A stretch of DNA of 64,000 nucleotides. Source: Macrostomum lignano. Lineage: Eukaryota. This document shows, one piece after another, positions 11,685 through 22,610 of this stretch. Under the pieces are notes generated by a model. That model did not search any database and had not been told where the DNA came from. It worked only from the letters and a program-made list of their open reading frames with translations. The DNA lies in assembly GCA_002269645.1 (NCBI GenBank), contig NIVC01001524.1, positions 210,047 through 274,046 on the forward strand, given 5' to 3'. Both the position numbers and the translations under genes were made by a program. Position 1 is the stretch's first letter; each line of letters begins with the position of its first letter.

Positions 11685-13895
11685 AGTGACTTTCTTAAGT
11701 ATTTGAGTAACGTTTTGTAGGATTTGAGTGTGGATTTCTATAGGGTTTGAGAGTGACTTTCTGTAGGGTTTGAGAGTGAATTTCTGTAGGGTTAGAGAGT
11801 GACTTTCTGAAGGGTTTGAGAGTGACTTTCTGTAGGGTTTGAGAGTGACTTTCTGTAGGGTTAGAGAGTGACTTTCTGTAGGGTTTGAGAGTGACTTTCT
11901 GTAGGGTTTGAGAGTGACTTTCTGTAGGGTTTGAGAGTGACTTTCTGTAGGGTTTGAGAGCGACTTTCTGTAGGATTTGAGATTGACTTTCTGTAGGATT
12001 TGAGAGTGACTTTCTGTAGGGTTTGAGAGTGACTTTCTGTAGGGTTTGAGAGTGACTTTCTGTAGGGTTTGAGAGTGACTTTCTGTAGGGTTTGAGAGTG
12101 ACTTTCTGTAGGGTTTGAGAGTGACTTTCTGTAGGGTTTGAGAGTGACTTTCTGTAGGGTTTGAGAGTGACTTTCTGTAGGGTTTGAGAGTGACTTTCTG
12201 TAGGGTTTGAGAGCGACTTTCTGTAGGATTTGAGATTGACTTTCTGTAGGATTTGAGAGTGACTTTCTGTAGGGTTTGAGAGTGACTTTCTGTAGGGTTT
12301 GAGAGTGACTTTCTGTAGGGTTTGAGAGTGACTTTCTGTAGGGTTTGAGAGTGACTTTCTGTAGGGTTTGAGAGTGACTTTCTGAAGGACTCAAGAGTGA
12401 ATTTCAGTAGGGTTTGAGAGTGACTTTTTAGGGTTTGAAAGTGACTTTCTAGGGTTTGAAAGTGACTTTCTGTAGGGTTTGAGAGTGACTTTCTGTAGGG
12501 TTTGAGAGTGACTTTCTGTAGGGTTTGAGAGTGACTTTCTGTAGGGTTTGAGAGTGACTTTCTGTAGGGTTTGAGAGTGACTTTCTGTAGGGTTTGAGAG
12601 TGACTTTCTGTATGGTTTGAGAGTGACTTTCTGTAGGGTTTGAGAGTGACTTTCTCTATGGTTTGAGAGTTACTTTCTATAGGGTTTGAGTGACTTTCTG
12701 AAGGACTCGAGAGTGACTTTCTGTATGGTTTGAGAGTGACTTTCTGAAGGGTTTGAGAGTGACTTTCTGTAGGGTTTGAGAGTGACTTTCTGTAGGGTTA
12801 GAGAGTGACTTTCTGTAGGGTTTGAGAGTGACTTTCTGTAGGGTTTGAGAGTGACTTTCTGTAGGGTTTGAGAGTGACTTTCTGTAGGGTTTGAGAGCGA
12901 CTTTCTGTAGGATTTGAGATTGACTTTCTGTAGGATTTGAGAGTGACTTTCTGTAGGGTTTGAGAGTGACTTTCTGTAGGGTTTGAGAGTGACTTTCTGT
13001 AGGGTTTGAGAGTGATTTTCTGTAGGGTTTGAGAGTGACTTTCTGTAGGGTTTGAGAGTGACTTTCTGTAGGGTTTGAGAGTGACTTTCTGTAGGGTTTG
13101 AGAGCGACTTTCTGTAGGATTTGAGATTGACTTTCTGTAGGATTTGAGAGTGACTTTCTGTAGGGTTTGAGAGTGACTTTCTGTAGGGTTTGAGAGTGAC
13201 TTTCTGTAGGGTTTGAGAGTGACTTTCTGTAGGGTTTGAGAGTGACTTTCTGTAGGGTTTGAGAGTGACTTTCTGTAGGGTTTGAGAGTGACTTTCTGAA
13301 GGACTCAAGAGTGAATTTCAGTAGGGTTTGAGAGTGACTTTTTAGGGTTTGAAAGTGCCTTTCTATAGGGTTTGAGTGACTTTCTGAAAGACTCAAGAGT
13401 GAATTTCTGTAGGGTTTGAGAGTGACTTTTTAGGGTTTGAGAGTGACTTTCTATAGGGTTTGAGTGACTTTCTGAAAGACTCGAGAGTGACTTTCTGTAG
13501 GGTTTGAAAGTGACTTTCTGAAGGGTTTGAGAGCGACTTTCTGAAGGGTTTGAGAGTGACTTTCTGTATGGCTTGAGAGTGACTTTCTGTAGGGTTTGAG
13601 AGTGACTTTCTGTAGGGTTTGAGAGTGACTTTCTGTAGGGTTTGAGAGTGACTTTCTGTAGGGTTTGAGAGCGACTTTCTGTAGGGTTTGAGAGTGACTT
13701 TCTGTAGGGTTTGAGAGTGACTTTCTGTAGGGTTTGAGAGCGACTTTTTGAAGGGTTTGAGAGTGACTTTCTGAAGGGTTTGAGAGCGACTTTCTGAAGG
13801 GTTTGAGAGTGACTTTCTGTATGGCTTGAGAGTGACTTTCTGTAGGGTTTGAGAGTGACTTCCTGTAGGGTTTGAGAGCGACTTTCTGTAGAATT
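11685..13895. repeat. Minisatellite, 23-bp unit GTAGGGTTTGAGAGTGACTTTCT, with higher-order block duplication
   Basis: Direct repetition. Diagnostic variant blocks recur (e.g. GAAGGACTCAAGAGTGAATTTCAG at about 12385 and 13298). Confidence 0.95.
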
Positions 13896-14042
13896 TGAAG
13901 GGATTAGAGAACTGTTTGTTATAAAAAAGCAAGGCATTTTCGACCCAATTCAATTAATAAGGAAGTTATTGTTCGTTCCATTGATCGATTAGAGAAAATA
14001 AACAGAACACAAAACTCCTAGTGCACAAAAAGAACCCAGACA

Positions 14043-14411
14043 TCAGAGCAGTCGCAAATTTGTTACCAGCATCGAATTAAAATCGGTTAGACGTTGATAA
14101 TCTCCCGGCTCGCTAGCTTGTCCGAAATATTCGCTAAATGATTTTGCATCTCCGGCAGCTGCAGGTTCACATTCCGGTCTAGGCTCGCTCAGCCGATGAG
14201 AAGGTCGGTGCTGCTGTTTCTGCTGTTGCACAGTCGGGGGCGGCTGCAGCAGCAGCGGACAAGGAAGCAGTTCAGGTATAACTGACAGGTGACAGATTAG
14301 TGAGTGCAAATTCGGCCACTCTTTGGATAGGCCTTTGAGCTTGACGCCTCTGGCTGTGCACTGGATCAGGTAGTGAGACAGTGCCTGCTGCTTCTGATGA
14401 GGCACGCATAC
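14043..14411 (-). CDS. SH2D5: PTB-SH2 adaptor (SH2D5-like), last exon (C-terminal half of SH2)
   Basis: Acceptor CAG|GTA at 14411 is phase 0. LSHYLIQCTARGVKLKG...LICHLSVIPELLPCPL is a tensin-type SH2 C-half. Joins to give YALSVCVP. Confidence 0.75.
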   Translation of the reverse strand, partial: VCVPHQKQQALSHYLIQCTARGVKLKGLSKEWPNLHSLICHLSVIPELLPCPLLLQPPPTVQQQKQQHRPSHRLSEPRPECEPAAAGDAKSFSEYFGQASEPGDYQRLTDFNSMLVTNLRLL

Positions 14412-14504
14412 CTGGTGGTTGAAATGTTGCAGGGTGTTCCAGGTGAATTTCTTTCAAAGCAGTGGTTTGTTTGCATTTGCATTTCTTTGGGTACAATATG
14501 AGCA

Positions 14505-15725
14505 CAGGGGCGATTTTCTATTGAGTGACAAGGGCGATTTTCTGGGAGTGACTGGGGCGATTTTCTGGGAGTGACAGGGGCGATTTTCTGGGAGTGACAG
14601 GGGATTTTCTGTGAGTGACAGGGGCGATTTTCTGGGAGTGACAGGGGCGATTTTCTGGGAGTGACAGGGGCGATTTTCTGGGAGTGACAGGGGCGATTTT
14701 CTGTTTGTGTGACAGGGGCGATTTTCTGGGAGTGACAGGGGCGATTTTCTGTTTGTGTGACAGGGGCGATTTTCTGTTTGTGACAGGGGCGATTTTCTGT
14801 TTGTGTGACAGGGGCGATTTTCTGTTTGTGTGACAGGGGCGATTTTCTGTTTGTGTGACAGGGGCGATTTTCTGTTTGTGTGACAGGGGCGATTTTCTGT
14901 TTGTGTGACAGGGAGGATTTTCTGTTGAGTGACAGGGGCGATTTTCTGTTTGTGTGACAGGGGCGATTTTCTGTGAGTGATAGGGGCGATTTTCTGCTGA
15001 GTGACAGGGGCGATTTTCTGTTTGTGTGACAAGGGCGATTTTCTGTGAGTGACAGGGGCGATTTTCTGTTGAGTGACAGGGGCGATTTTCTGTTTGTGTG
15101 ACAGGGGCGATTTTCTGTGAGTGACAGGGGCGATTTTCTGTGAGTGACAGGGGCGATTTTTTGGGAGTGACAGGAGCGATTTTCTGGGAGTGACAGGGGC
15201 GATTTTCTGTCTGTGTGACAGGGAGGATTTTTTGTTTGTGGGACAGGGAGGATTTTCTGTTGAGTGACAGGGGCGATTTTCCGGGAGGACAGGGGCGATT
15301 TTCTGGGAGTGACAGGGGCGATTTTCTGGGAGTGACTGGGGCGATTTTCTAGGAGTGACTGGGGCGATTTTCTGTCTGTGTGACAGGGAGGATTTTTTGT
15401 TTGTGTGACAGGGAGGATTTTCTGTTGAGTGACAGGGGCGATTTTCCGGGAGGACAGGGGAGATTTTCTGTGAGTGACAGGGGCGATTTTCTGGGAGTGA
15501 CAGGGGCGATTTTCTGTGAGTGACAGGGGCGATTTTCTGGGAGTGACAGGGGCGATTTTCTGGGAGTGACTGGGGCGATTTTCTGTTTGTGTGACAGGAA
15601 GGATTTTCTGTTGAGTGACAGGGAGGATTTTCTGTTTGTGTGACAGGGGCGATTTTCCGGGAGTGACAGGGGCGATTTTCTGTGAGTGACAGGGCGATTT
15701 TCTAGGAATGGCAGGGGCGATTTTC
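14505..15725. repeat. Minisatellite, 23-25 bp unit GAGTGACAGGGGCGATTTTCTG(G/TTT)
   Basis: Direct repetition filling the intron that splits the SH2 domain. Confidence 0.95.
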
Positions 15726-15889
15726 TGCGAGTGAAATGCAAAATTCCCTAGTGATAGAGGGAGCGATTTTCAGTGCGCGATGAGGAATGAATCTCGTAGG
15801 GAGTAAAGTCAATCTAATAGAGTTGATCGAAGAGTGAATATCAAAGGTAAATTAAAACTAGCAAAGTACAAATAACTTGTAATACGAAC

Positions 15890-16230
15890 CGAAAGTGCGT
15901 AGCAGTTCGGGTGACTGGCACTGTTGCGCACTAAGAAGCTTCCCACTGGCCTGCCAGCCAACAGCTTATAAGCCGCCTCCCTTGGCAACTCGGGTTGATA
16001 CCACCACCAGCTCTGGCCGCTGCCGCTGTCTGACTCCATCTCATCGCTTAGGCTCTGAGGCTCGGCTTGTCGCTGATCTACCGTTTCAGCCTTCGGGATG
16101 GCATCTGGAGGCAGTGGCGGCGGCGGTGGCACCTCGAACTCGCAAGGTCGGCACTGAAGACTGTCGTAGCTGCATTGGTGAGACATCAGGGGGTGGGAGT
16201 TATGGTTCAGGTGCAGTTGACAGGCTGGGC
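15890..16230 (-). CDS. SH2D5: SH2D5-like, exon 3 (N-terminal half of SH2; acceptor position approximate)
   Basis: WWYQPELPREAAYKLLAGRPVGSFLVRNSASHPNCYALS is an SH2 N-half (FLVR motif). Donor TCG|GTTCGT at 15889. Confidence 0.7.
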
Positions 16231-17140
16231 CAGCAACTGATGGTCTGGGAGTCTGGCCCAGCAACTGAGGATCTGGGAGGCTGGGTCCAGCAACTGAGGA
16301 TCTGGGAGGCTGGGCCCAGCAGCTGAGGATTTGGGAGGCTGGCCCAGCAACTGAGGATCTGGGAGGCTGGCCCAGAAACTGATGGTCTGGGAGTCTTGCT
16401 CAGCAGCTGAGGATTTGGGAGGCTGGCCCAGCAACTGAGGATCTGGGAGTCTGGCCCAGCAAATGAGGATGAAGGAGGTTGGTGGCCCAGCAACTTGGGA
16501 TCCGGGAGGCTGGCCCAGAAACTGATGGTCTGGGAGTCTGGCCTAGAAACTGAGGATCCGGGAGAGTGGCCCAGTAACTGAGGATCTGGGAGTCTGGCTC
16601 AACAACTGAGGATCTGGGAGGGTGGCCCAGTAACTGAGGATATGGGAGTCTGGCTCAGCAACTGAGGATCTGGGAGGTTGGTGGCCCAGCAACTTGGGAT
16701 CCGGGAGGCTGGCCCAGAAACTGAGGATCCGGGAGAGTGGCCCAGTAACTGAGGATCTGGGAGTCTGGCTCAACAACTGAGGAAGTGAGAGTCTGGCTCA
16801 GCAGCTGAGGATCTGGGACGCTGGCTCAGCAACTGAGGATCTGGGAGGCTGGTGGCCCAGCAACTGGATGATCTGAGAGGCTGGTGGCCCAGCAACTGGA
16901 TGATCTGAGAGGCTGGTGGACCAGCAACTGAGGATCTGAGAGGCTGGTGGCCCAGCAACTGATGATCTGAGAGGCTGGTGGCCCAGCAACTGGATGATCT
17001 GAGAGGCTGGTGGACCAGCAACTGAGGATCTGAGAGGCTGGTGGCCCAGCAACTGATGATCTGGGAGGCTGGTGGACCAGCAACTGAGGATCTGGGAGGC
17101 TGGTGGCCCAGCAACTGGATGATCTGGGAGTCTGGCTCAG
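16225..17140. repeat. Minisatellite, about 28-bp unit GGAGGCTGGCCCAGCAACTGAGGATCTG
   Basis: Direct repetition with length variants; intronic. Confidence 0.9.
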
Positions 17141-17180
17141 CCTATAAAGCAAAGAAAAATCAACAGACAGCAGTTGCTAC

Positions 17181-17403
17181 CGAGTTGGCAGTGGCGGAGG
17201 CTGCTGCTGCTGAGCGCTGTGCACCGATCTGCCAGCTACAGGACTGGCAACATAGCTGTTGCTGCTGACCTGCCCGCCGCCGATAGACCTTGGCGCGGGA
17301 ATCGGCTTGGGCTTGACAACGTACTGCGAAGGCTGCTCAATGCTCTGCTGCTGTTGCTGCTTTTGCAAATGCTTCTGCTTTTGGCGATGCGGCTTTCTTG
17401 CAG
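17181..17403 (-). CDS. SH2D5: SH2D5-like, exon 2 (Q/P-rich linker; donor approximate)
   Basis: Acceptor TTTTCAG|CT at 17403 is phase 1, matching exon 1, and gives AARKPHRQKQKHLQKQQQQQS... Confidence 0.6.
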
Positions 17404-17514
17404 CTGAAAAATGAATGATGAAGTCCAGCAGAAGTCCGACAACCTGACAACCATAATTTCTTATTCTTCAGACACCAATCAGAAAATCAATAGGACATTA
17501 TGTACTTTTATCCT

Positions 17515-17860
17515 GGCACAGGGCCGTAGCTCAGCGGCCCAGGCTCGATTCCAAGTGCTGTCAGATTAATTTGTAGCTCAACTGGAATCTCGGCTTGGCT
17601 CTGCTCGTGCTTTAAAAAGCCACTGAAAGCCAACCCCCCCCCCCAAGGCACAGTGAAGTATACATGACTAACGATAAATAAAGCTAAGGCCGCTGTACAC
17701 TCCTGTGTGTGTGTGCCTGTGGGTATGACTGCGTACGCATCCGCGTGATTGTGTGCCTGCTCAGGGAAGTCGGCGGAATAGGCAGCAATGCCTCTCGCCG
17801 GTTGTGACAATATCGCTTAAAGTGCGCCAGGGTGCACACAGGTCCTTTACATCTAATAAA
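17515..17860 (+). mobile_element. tRNA-derived SINE, family B, copy 1
   Basis: Colinear with 47865-48198 (GGCTCGATTCCAAGTG...GGCCGCTGTACACTCCTGTGTG...GTGCGCCAGGGTGCACACA...CTAATAAA). Confidence 0.8.
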
Positions 17861-18278
17861 CATGTACTTTCATTTATTTAGACACTTGCACTTTTATTGA
17901 TGATACCCAATAAAAGCACCTTAATAAGACACAGTGTACTGGAAACGTATGCACTTTAACTGACACAATGTTTCAGAACCATGTACTCTTAGTTAAAAAC
18001 CGATCAGACTCTCTAATACTCATATACTTTAAGTCACCAAGCATCCCAGGCACTAGATAGAACACTGTGTACTTTATTCAGGCACCAATCTAATACACTT
18101 AATCGAACACTATGCACTTTTATTCGAGAAACAAAGGAAATACACCTAATATGAGAAGCATGTACAGTTATTAAGACGAAAATCGGATATCCGACCAAAC
18201 ACAATATGTACTTTAACTTATACAAAAATCTAGGACACAATGTACTTTTTAAGCATAACCCAACGCTTTTGAGTTTAC

Positions 18279-18759
18279 CTTCAGCCGCAGACTCAGACTT
18301 AAACTTCTCTTTTTCAGCCACCAGCAGAGCGTGTTCAAAGCAGGCCCCAATTAGACTACTCAGTTCACGAGCAGCTCGAGGCGACTCAGTGGCGAACACT
18401 CGACACAGGGCAGGCGTGGACCGGCCACCCCCGGCCGCCTCTCTGGCCGAGAAGGCAAACAAAGACCGATCCGGATCGCAGCTGGCCATCGAGATTCGTC
18501 TCAGTGGGTGCGTGGATAGCAACTGATCCGCACTGGTACTCTGATTTGATGTCGAATAAATATCGATTCCTAAATATGATATTCTTAACTGAACTGGTTG
18601 TCCATCAGAAGCGGCTGGTAGGCTGGTAGGCAGCTGAACTGAACTGCCTGTAGTAACAGGAAATGTTGCCACGTGTCTAACATAGCGAACAGAATCTGCA
18701 GTGCGAAGCTGTTGCTGTACACAGCTGTCAGGTATCAAACAGTCTCGATTGCGGCGCAT
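18279..18759 (-). CDS. SH2D5: SH2D5-like, first coding exon (PTB/PID domain)
   Basis: HVATFPV...LLSTHPLRRISMASCDPDRSLFAFSAR...LCRVF resembles the SH2D5 PTB domain (YVGSFPV...LLMAHALRRI...QFAFMAR...FCHLF). Donor AAG|GTAAAC at 18278. Confidence 0.8.
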
Positions 18760-20713
18760 TGTTTTTTAATAGTTTCAGGAATATTTTAGTTGAAAGTTGC
18801 ATTTTTATTGTCTGCAGATAACTAGGGACATAAGTGCAATGCTATCAAGTCATTAACTAGTGTTGTGTAGTGTCTAACAACAGAAAATTAGAAATTAGAA
18901 AGTTTACTATATTTCTATTATCATTAGAGCAAGATGCAATTAAAAGCAAGGTCTTGTCAAGCATTAGGGTTACAGAAATCATAGTTTATTACTAGGCATA
19001 TGGTTGTATTGGCTAGTAGCTGATAAAAAAAAAAAAAAACAGAATAACATTGGATGTTAATGTTAATGTCTGATATTAATTTAGGCAATCTAAATATCCC
19101 ATTCTATATGTCTATTCATTCTATAGTTCTTCACAAGAAGCCTATAATTACCCAACAATTTTCATATCTATAAAAAATTAAATATTGAAAACAGTAAACT
19201 AAGAACCTCTTAGAACACCTTTTACTTTATGTCTACTATACCAGAAATGGAAGACCATCTTGTACATAAATGTGCAATACCCAGCCAAGCTGTTCAATCT
19301 GGCTGGCTAGCAATAGGCCTAGACAAGGCAAGTCACAAAACTGCCTACTCCAAAATTATAGACATGCTACTAACTAGATGAAAGGACATTTAGCCCAAAT
19401 AATATAGTCATTGATACCATTGCAATTTACTTAAATTAGATTAATTTTTGCTTAGGGTTTAATACATAAGTTGAAGTGGTTAAAGAATTTGTAAAATCTA
19501 GAGTCAAAAAGAGATTTAAAGGCCATTTATTTCAAAAAGACAATAAAGTTTATTATCATAAGGTGATTTATAAAACTAAAGAAGTAAAGTACAAACTTTT
19601 AGTCATTTGCCTTTCTGTTTATGTTGCAAATTGCAAAGATTTTTTCATGTTCTGCTGTAAGGGGGTCCATATGCCATAGCTGTAGCTGTAAGCAAAACTA
19701 TGGCTTATTCCAATCCTCCATATTCCATAGCCATAGGGACACCAATATTACTATATAGTAATAGCCATAGCCATAGTTTTAACAAAAAGTCTAGGAAACT
19801 AAATATTTTGAATCAAGAATATAACCTAGTGCTTAAACAACTGCCAAGGTATCTGCACTCTGGAAAAAAACTAGAAAACCCTGGAATATGCCCAAAAAAC
19901 CTATAGAATTAAGACTGAACACCACCATGTTTTAATTTATTAATATTTTTGTTTCTTTTCAATCTTTCAATCTTTTCAGTTTATAGTACTATCAATATTT
20001 AAAATGAAAAGCTGGCTAGAACTAAATTTATTTTGTTTTGGCTTAGTTATATAATATTATTTTTAGCTACAACTAGGGCAGTAGACAAACTATACTAACT
20101 AGGTATACTGCAGGTAGTTTACTTTTTAGGGAAGTTAGTATTTTTCTATTGCAAATGCAATCTTTACAAAATGCATCATAACTTTTTTATAGTTAGCTAA
20201 ATAGCTAATAAGTTAAAAACAAGTATATAGAACAAATTTTTATAAATAAATTATTACTGTGTACTATTATGCCTAGTGGCTCACATTTATTGGATGTCTA
20301 GCTCAATGCCAAGCTGCATCCTACTTATGCTCAATTTCTCTAGAAGGTGAAAGGAAACACATTTGCTACATATTGTGGCTTGTCCAAGGTTCTCCCCCTT
20401 TTTATGTTTACATTTAACTTCATTTTCTCTCACTTTATTTATCCATTTATTCAGTTCCTGCAACCCATTTAATTTAGCCTCAATGTACTGCAGTCTTGCC
20501 ATTTTATCTGTCACAAGTCATTTACATAATACTTATTGACCTACTTATTATATTAATCAATAAATGACATTAACTACAACTTTCATTTATTTGATTAACT
20601 AGCCCATAGCCTATCTTAAGTCATTTGCCAGTGGGGCAAAAACAACTTACAGTTCTCATCTCAAAGAAAGCTCTAAGATGTATTATTCTATAATACATAA
20701 ATTATGGTGGTGA

Positions 20714-22610
20714 CAGTGCTCTGGGTTTTTTGTGCAAATGGGTGCAAATAGCATCCTGGTCTTTAAAATTGCACCCTGAAATTTGACTCAGGGTGCAAAA
20801 AGCACACCAGAATTTTTTGCAAAGATGTGATACGGATTTAACAATTTAGTGTTATGGACATCTTAAGTCTGTAACTTCGTATTCTAAGAATTAGGCAGTA
20901 ATTTTTTCAATCCTTAATTAATGTAATTTAAGGAATTGTCAACTGTCGATTAAATTTTGGTAAGCAGAACCTGATAAATTGAATACTGAATAGTATTCAA
21001 TTCTAAGTTAGGCAACAAGCTCAGCATGGAGTTTAAGTTGTTTAATTATTCAAATAAAACAACTAATTATAAGCTTAATTCTAAATTAAATGATTTAATA
21101 ACATTGCTGCATTGGCATGATTTGATGATTGGCTTATAATATATGCTTAATATAGGGCTATAAGCTATAGTATAATTATATATAGACTACTCCCCATTGT
21201 AATAAACTTATAACTAATGAAATCTTTTATGTTTATTTAACATTTAACAATTAAAGACAATACAATTACATTAACAATCATCAACATTAACTGTGACAAT
21301 ATAGTTTGTTGCTGTTGTTTTGTTAACAATAATTTAGTTGGTTATTTCAATTTTGTCTGCCAACCTTATGCTTATTTAATGATAATTTATAGATGTTGTC
21401 ATAATCACATGTCAATGTCATAGACTATAGTCTATAGATATAATGTAATTGTTATTGTTGTAATTGTCACTCACTTGACAAAATGACATATATACTTGTA
21501 CTTATATATTTGTATATATATGTCATTTTACTCATTCACTAGTCTCATTCACAAAATATAGAACATTAAGGTTAAGGTTAATAAATTACATAAATTACCT
21601 TAATTATGGTAAAACCTGCTCTTGCTTCAGCTTAACAGACAATAGCTCAAGCTCCAAGCTTCAATAGGCTCAATCTGCTGTTTCAATGTCTTTCAAATCA
21701 AAAGTTTAAATTTTACTCTTTCCCTATTCCAGCCATAGGCCCATAGCCATAACTGATAGCCAACTAGATACTAGATTGATTACTGAATACTGAAACAGTT
21801 ATACTGATTACTGGGTACTGGCCAAGGCCCCAATCGAAATGACAACCCAACCATATCAAGCATCTGGTCCTAAAACTGCTCCTACTCCTCTTGCTCCTAG
21901 CGGCCCAGCAGCTTTAGCTGCAGATGGTGGAGGTGGAGGACAACAACAAGGTCCACCATTAAAGCAAGCTAAGCTAATGGGTTGGCTTGTCGTTGCCAAA
22001 GCTCCTTCATCTTCACTAGTTGCAGTTAAAGGTCCTGCACTTGCTGCTACTGTAGCTGCAGCTTTTAAGTCTGATTCTAACATAGACACACCAACACCAG
22101 CCACAGTCAAGGTCATCCAGCCTAACCCCAAGGACTTTAAGTCCACAAAAAAAAGATTGACTCTTTTCTAAACCCTGGTGGTTAAAGGAGTTTTGCTGGC
22201 TCCATTATACAAAATCTAGTGACACTGCGATGTGCAAAGACTGCGGCATCACATTTAAACCAGGCACTACAGGCTGGTAGCACTGCATCTTTGTAAAACA
22301 CTCTAGTTCTAAGACACACTAGGCAGTTTTACAGAAGCTGCAGCTGCAGAAGGACTGGAGTCAGGCTGTCGAGACTACAGTTAAGTGGGCATGACCTGAT
22401 GTAAAGTGTAAGTTTAGTTTGTCAGTCACTATTATTTTATGTTTTACTATACTTTCCAAAGTAAAGGAAACTTTGAAATATACTACGCTTGTATTAGTTT
22501 TAGACCAGTTTTTGTCTGCAGCAGTGCAGCGCATACTGGTCTTGAAAATTGCACCCTGAAATCTAGCGATTTCGCACCCAAGTTATGGACAAAAAAAACC
22601 CAGACAGTGC
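20714..22610 (+). mobile_element. Non-autonomous DNA transposon (hAT-like) with TIRs and a TTF zinc-finger relic
   Basis: Ends CAGTGCTCTGGGTTTTTT / AAAAAAAACCCAG. Subterminal AAATTGCACCCTGAAAT near both ends. Internal RLFSKPWWLKEFCWLHY...DTAMCKDC...KH..S..H relic at 22158-22310. Confidence 0.55.

Noticed and set aside
20287-20514. 75-aa ORF with CxxC, and other short ORFs or K-rich frames in the CpG-poor domain (e.g. 36700-36950)
   Set aside because: Too short or broken to assign. Probably TE relics, but the family cannot be supported.
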